Virus record (IMG/VR): IMGVR_UViG_3300013006_000040
Coordinates: 1 to 57,905 of that record
Reading direction: 5' to 3' (one strand)
DNA from: a virus
Taxonomy: Duplodnaviria > Caudoviricetes
Length of the DNA stretch: 57,905 nt
Shown here: in pieces, positions 57,701-57,905 of the stretch
Layout: each line of letters begins with the position of its first letter
Numbering within the stretch: position 1 is the first letter of the stretch
Made by a program: the position numbers and the translations under genes
Notes under the pieces: model-generated
Seen by the model: the letters and a program-made list of their open reading frames with translations, nothing else
Told to the model about the DNA's origin: nothing
Database searches by the model: none

Positions 57701-57905
57701 AGTTAAATAAGGAGTTACTGCTGATATAACACGAGCATTGGTATAATATAAATTAATACCTTCTGCTAAATTTGCTGTGGTGAAATTGGATAATGTACTT
57801 ACTGTACCAATTAAATTACCATATATCAATCTCGATATAATTGCATTACCTGCAAAAATATTTGCTGCAGTAAAATCTGTGGCTGTTCCGGTGGATGTTG
57901 TTACT
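54794..57905 (-). CDS. Long fibre shaft protein, cassette B1 (5' end outside the window)
   Basis: Frame stays open from 57829 to the window end; 11 shaft repeats; two adaptor-like domains; ends GTGLYYTIE. Confidence 0.85.
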   Translation of the reverse strand, partial: VTTSTGTATDFTAANIFAGNAIISRLIYGNLIGTVSTLSNFTTANLAEGINLYYTNARVISAVTPYLTTANVLESNSNLYYTNARVISAVLPYLTTSNVAEGTNLYYTNARVYSNVIALLAGNIAIGNATIGNVSISGSTTFGAGSGGSLTGANLISASYIQTGNLLASSGNILITGNIIPSLDSTFNFGSLDKQWKDFYLSAESLYVGGQKISGNAQTGLTLVSLTASNITTGNLVVTNSFVGNVTGTISSLSNFTTSNLAEGTNQYFTNARVTANLSQQSVNIFSDVDTTGITTNGILIWNGASFVAGTIDSGTTANIALFANTAGTANIALTANVANTVLSLSGLTTANLLEANVNLYYTNSRVRTAFIAGDNIVIESNGRISANVNLEIANLNSTISNLTTNSITEGNNNLYYTNGRVITAVTPLLTTANVLESNSNLYYTNTRVRSALSGGTGVSYDTTTGAISIGQNVASTANVTFFNLSVTNNLTVYGGVTTYGANNISVSDNMIYLNSNSTVSNPDIGFAFNYNDGVYHHGGFFRDASDNGTFKVFDNYDPEPDANIFIDTAHASFRLANIAATTFFGNVSGTAGTLSNFTTANLAEGTNQYFTNARVALAITPYLTTSNVVEGSNLYYTNARVYAAIQGNLSTKANVVDLITSNVVEGTNLYFTNARVYSNVLALLPTLAGQNIIIQANGRISANLDLSNVTILQSDFVNLAAQVISLSNQTTSNVAEGINLYYTNTRVRTAFTAGKGITISEGGIVNNTGSSSQYNTGIDGTVGANVLATMSPVITFPTTAANDRFLLRSLHLVNTSGATALVSSNVLYATGNTAYMANIIPVAPGGVMEFIKTYQIFQPGDQINLQGFNNSGTATANLMSVMLTYETFYNDNSYMGTGQTIATSGTNTKIYNSANSFSIIESVKFVNLQSTTVPVTCYWGDANGVPKAHLAFGLQLPPNTSVELLQSTKRINQGDALYASYTGGATNGVSAFVSARYGAAYTIGTYTSAGLPGNTITASFGTSANEGTGLYYTIE

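Noticed and set aside
14838-57905. Possible diversity-generating retroelement or invertase shufflon acting on tip genes
   Set aside because: No reverse transcriptase or recombinase in the window, no adenine-specific TR/VR pair, and no inverted cassettes seen.
1-57905. tRNA genes or stop-codon reassignment
   Set aside because: No T-loop or cloverleaf recognised; conserved genes are full length under the standard code.

Overview
This window is a ~58 kb piece of a large T4-like (myovirus-type) phage genome, with essentially all credible genes on the minus strand. The host is probably a proteobacterium (sigma70 promoters, spanin pair, proteobacterial-type IscU/IscA/ErpA); this is inference. Positions 1-14.3 kb hold an early region of many small ORFs driven by 10 near-consensus TTGACA-N17-TATAAT promoters (an 11th precedes the primase). 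Several of these sit in a repeated stop/stem-loop/promoter/RBS cassette, and the region includes an expanded family of small paralogs. Positions 14.3-27.2 kb and 41-57.9 kb encode virion fibre/adhesin genes behind T4-type late promoters. Positions 27.2-41 kb hold primase (gp61), a thyX remnant, spanins, and nrdA and nrdB flanking an iscU-iscA-unknown-erpA Fe-S block, followed by HiPIP-like and cytidylyltransferase genes. The most striking signal is a modular fibre system of five cassettes (repeat shaft, ~110-aa adaptor, glycine-rich tip). In two cassettes an Ig/Calx-beta-like domain is split at the same point between the shaft gene and the tip gene. No tRNA, rRNA, CRISPR array, intron, intein or reverse transcriptase was recognised. 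All family assignments come from motif recognition by eye, not from database searches.
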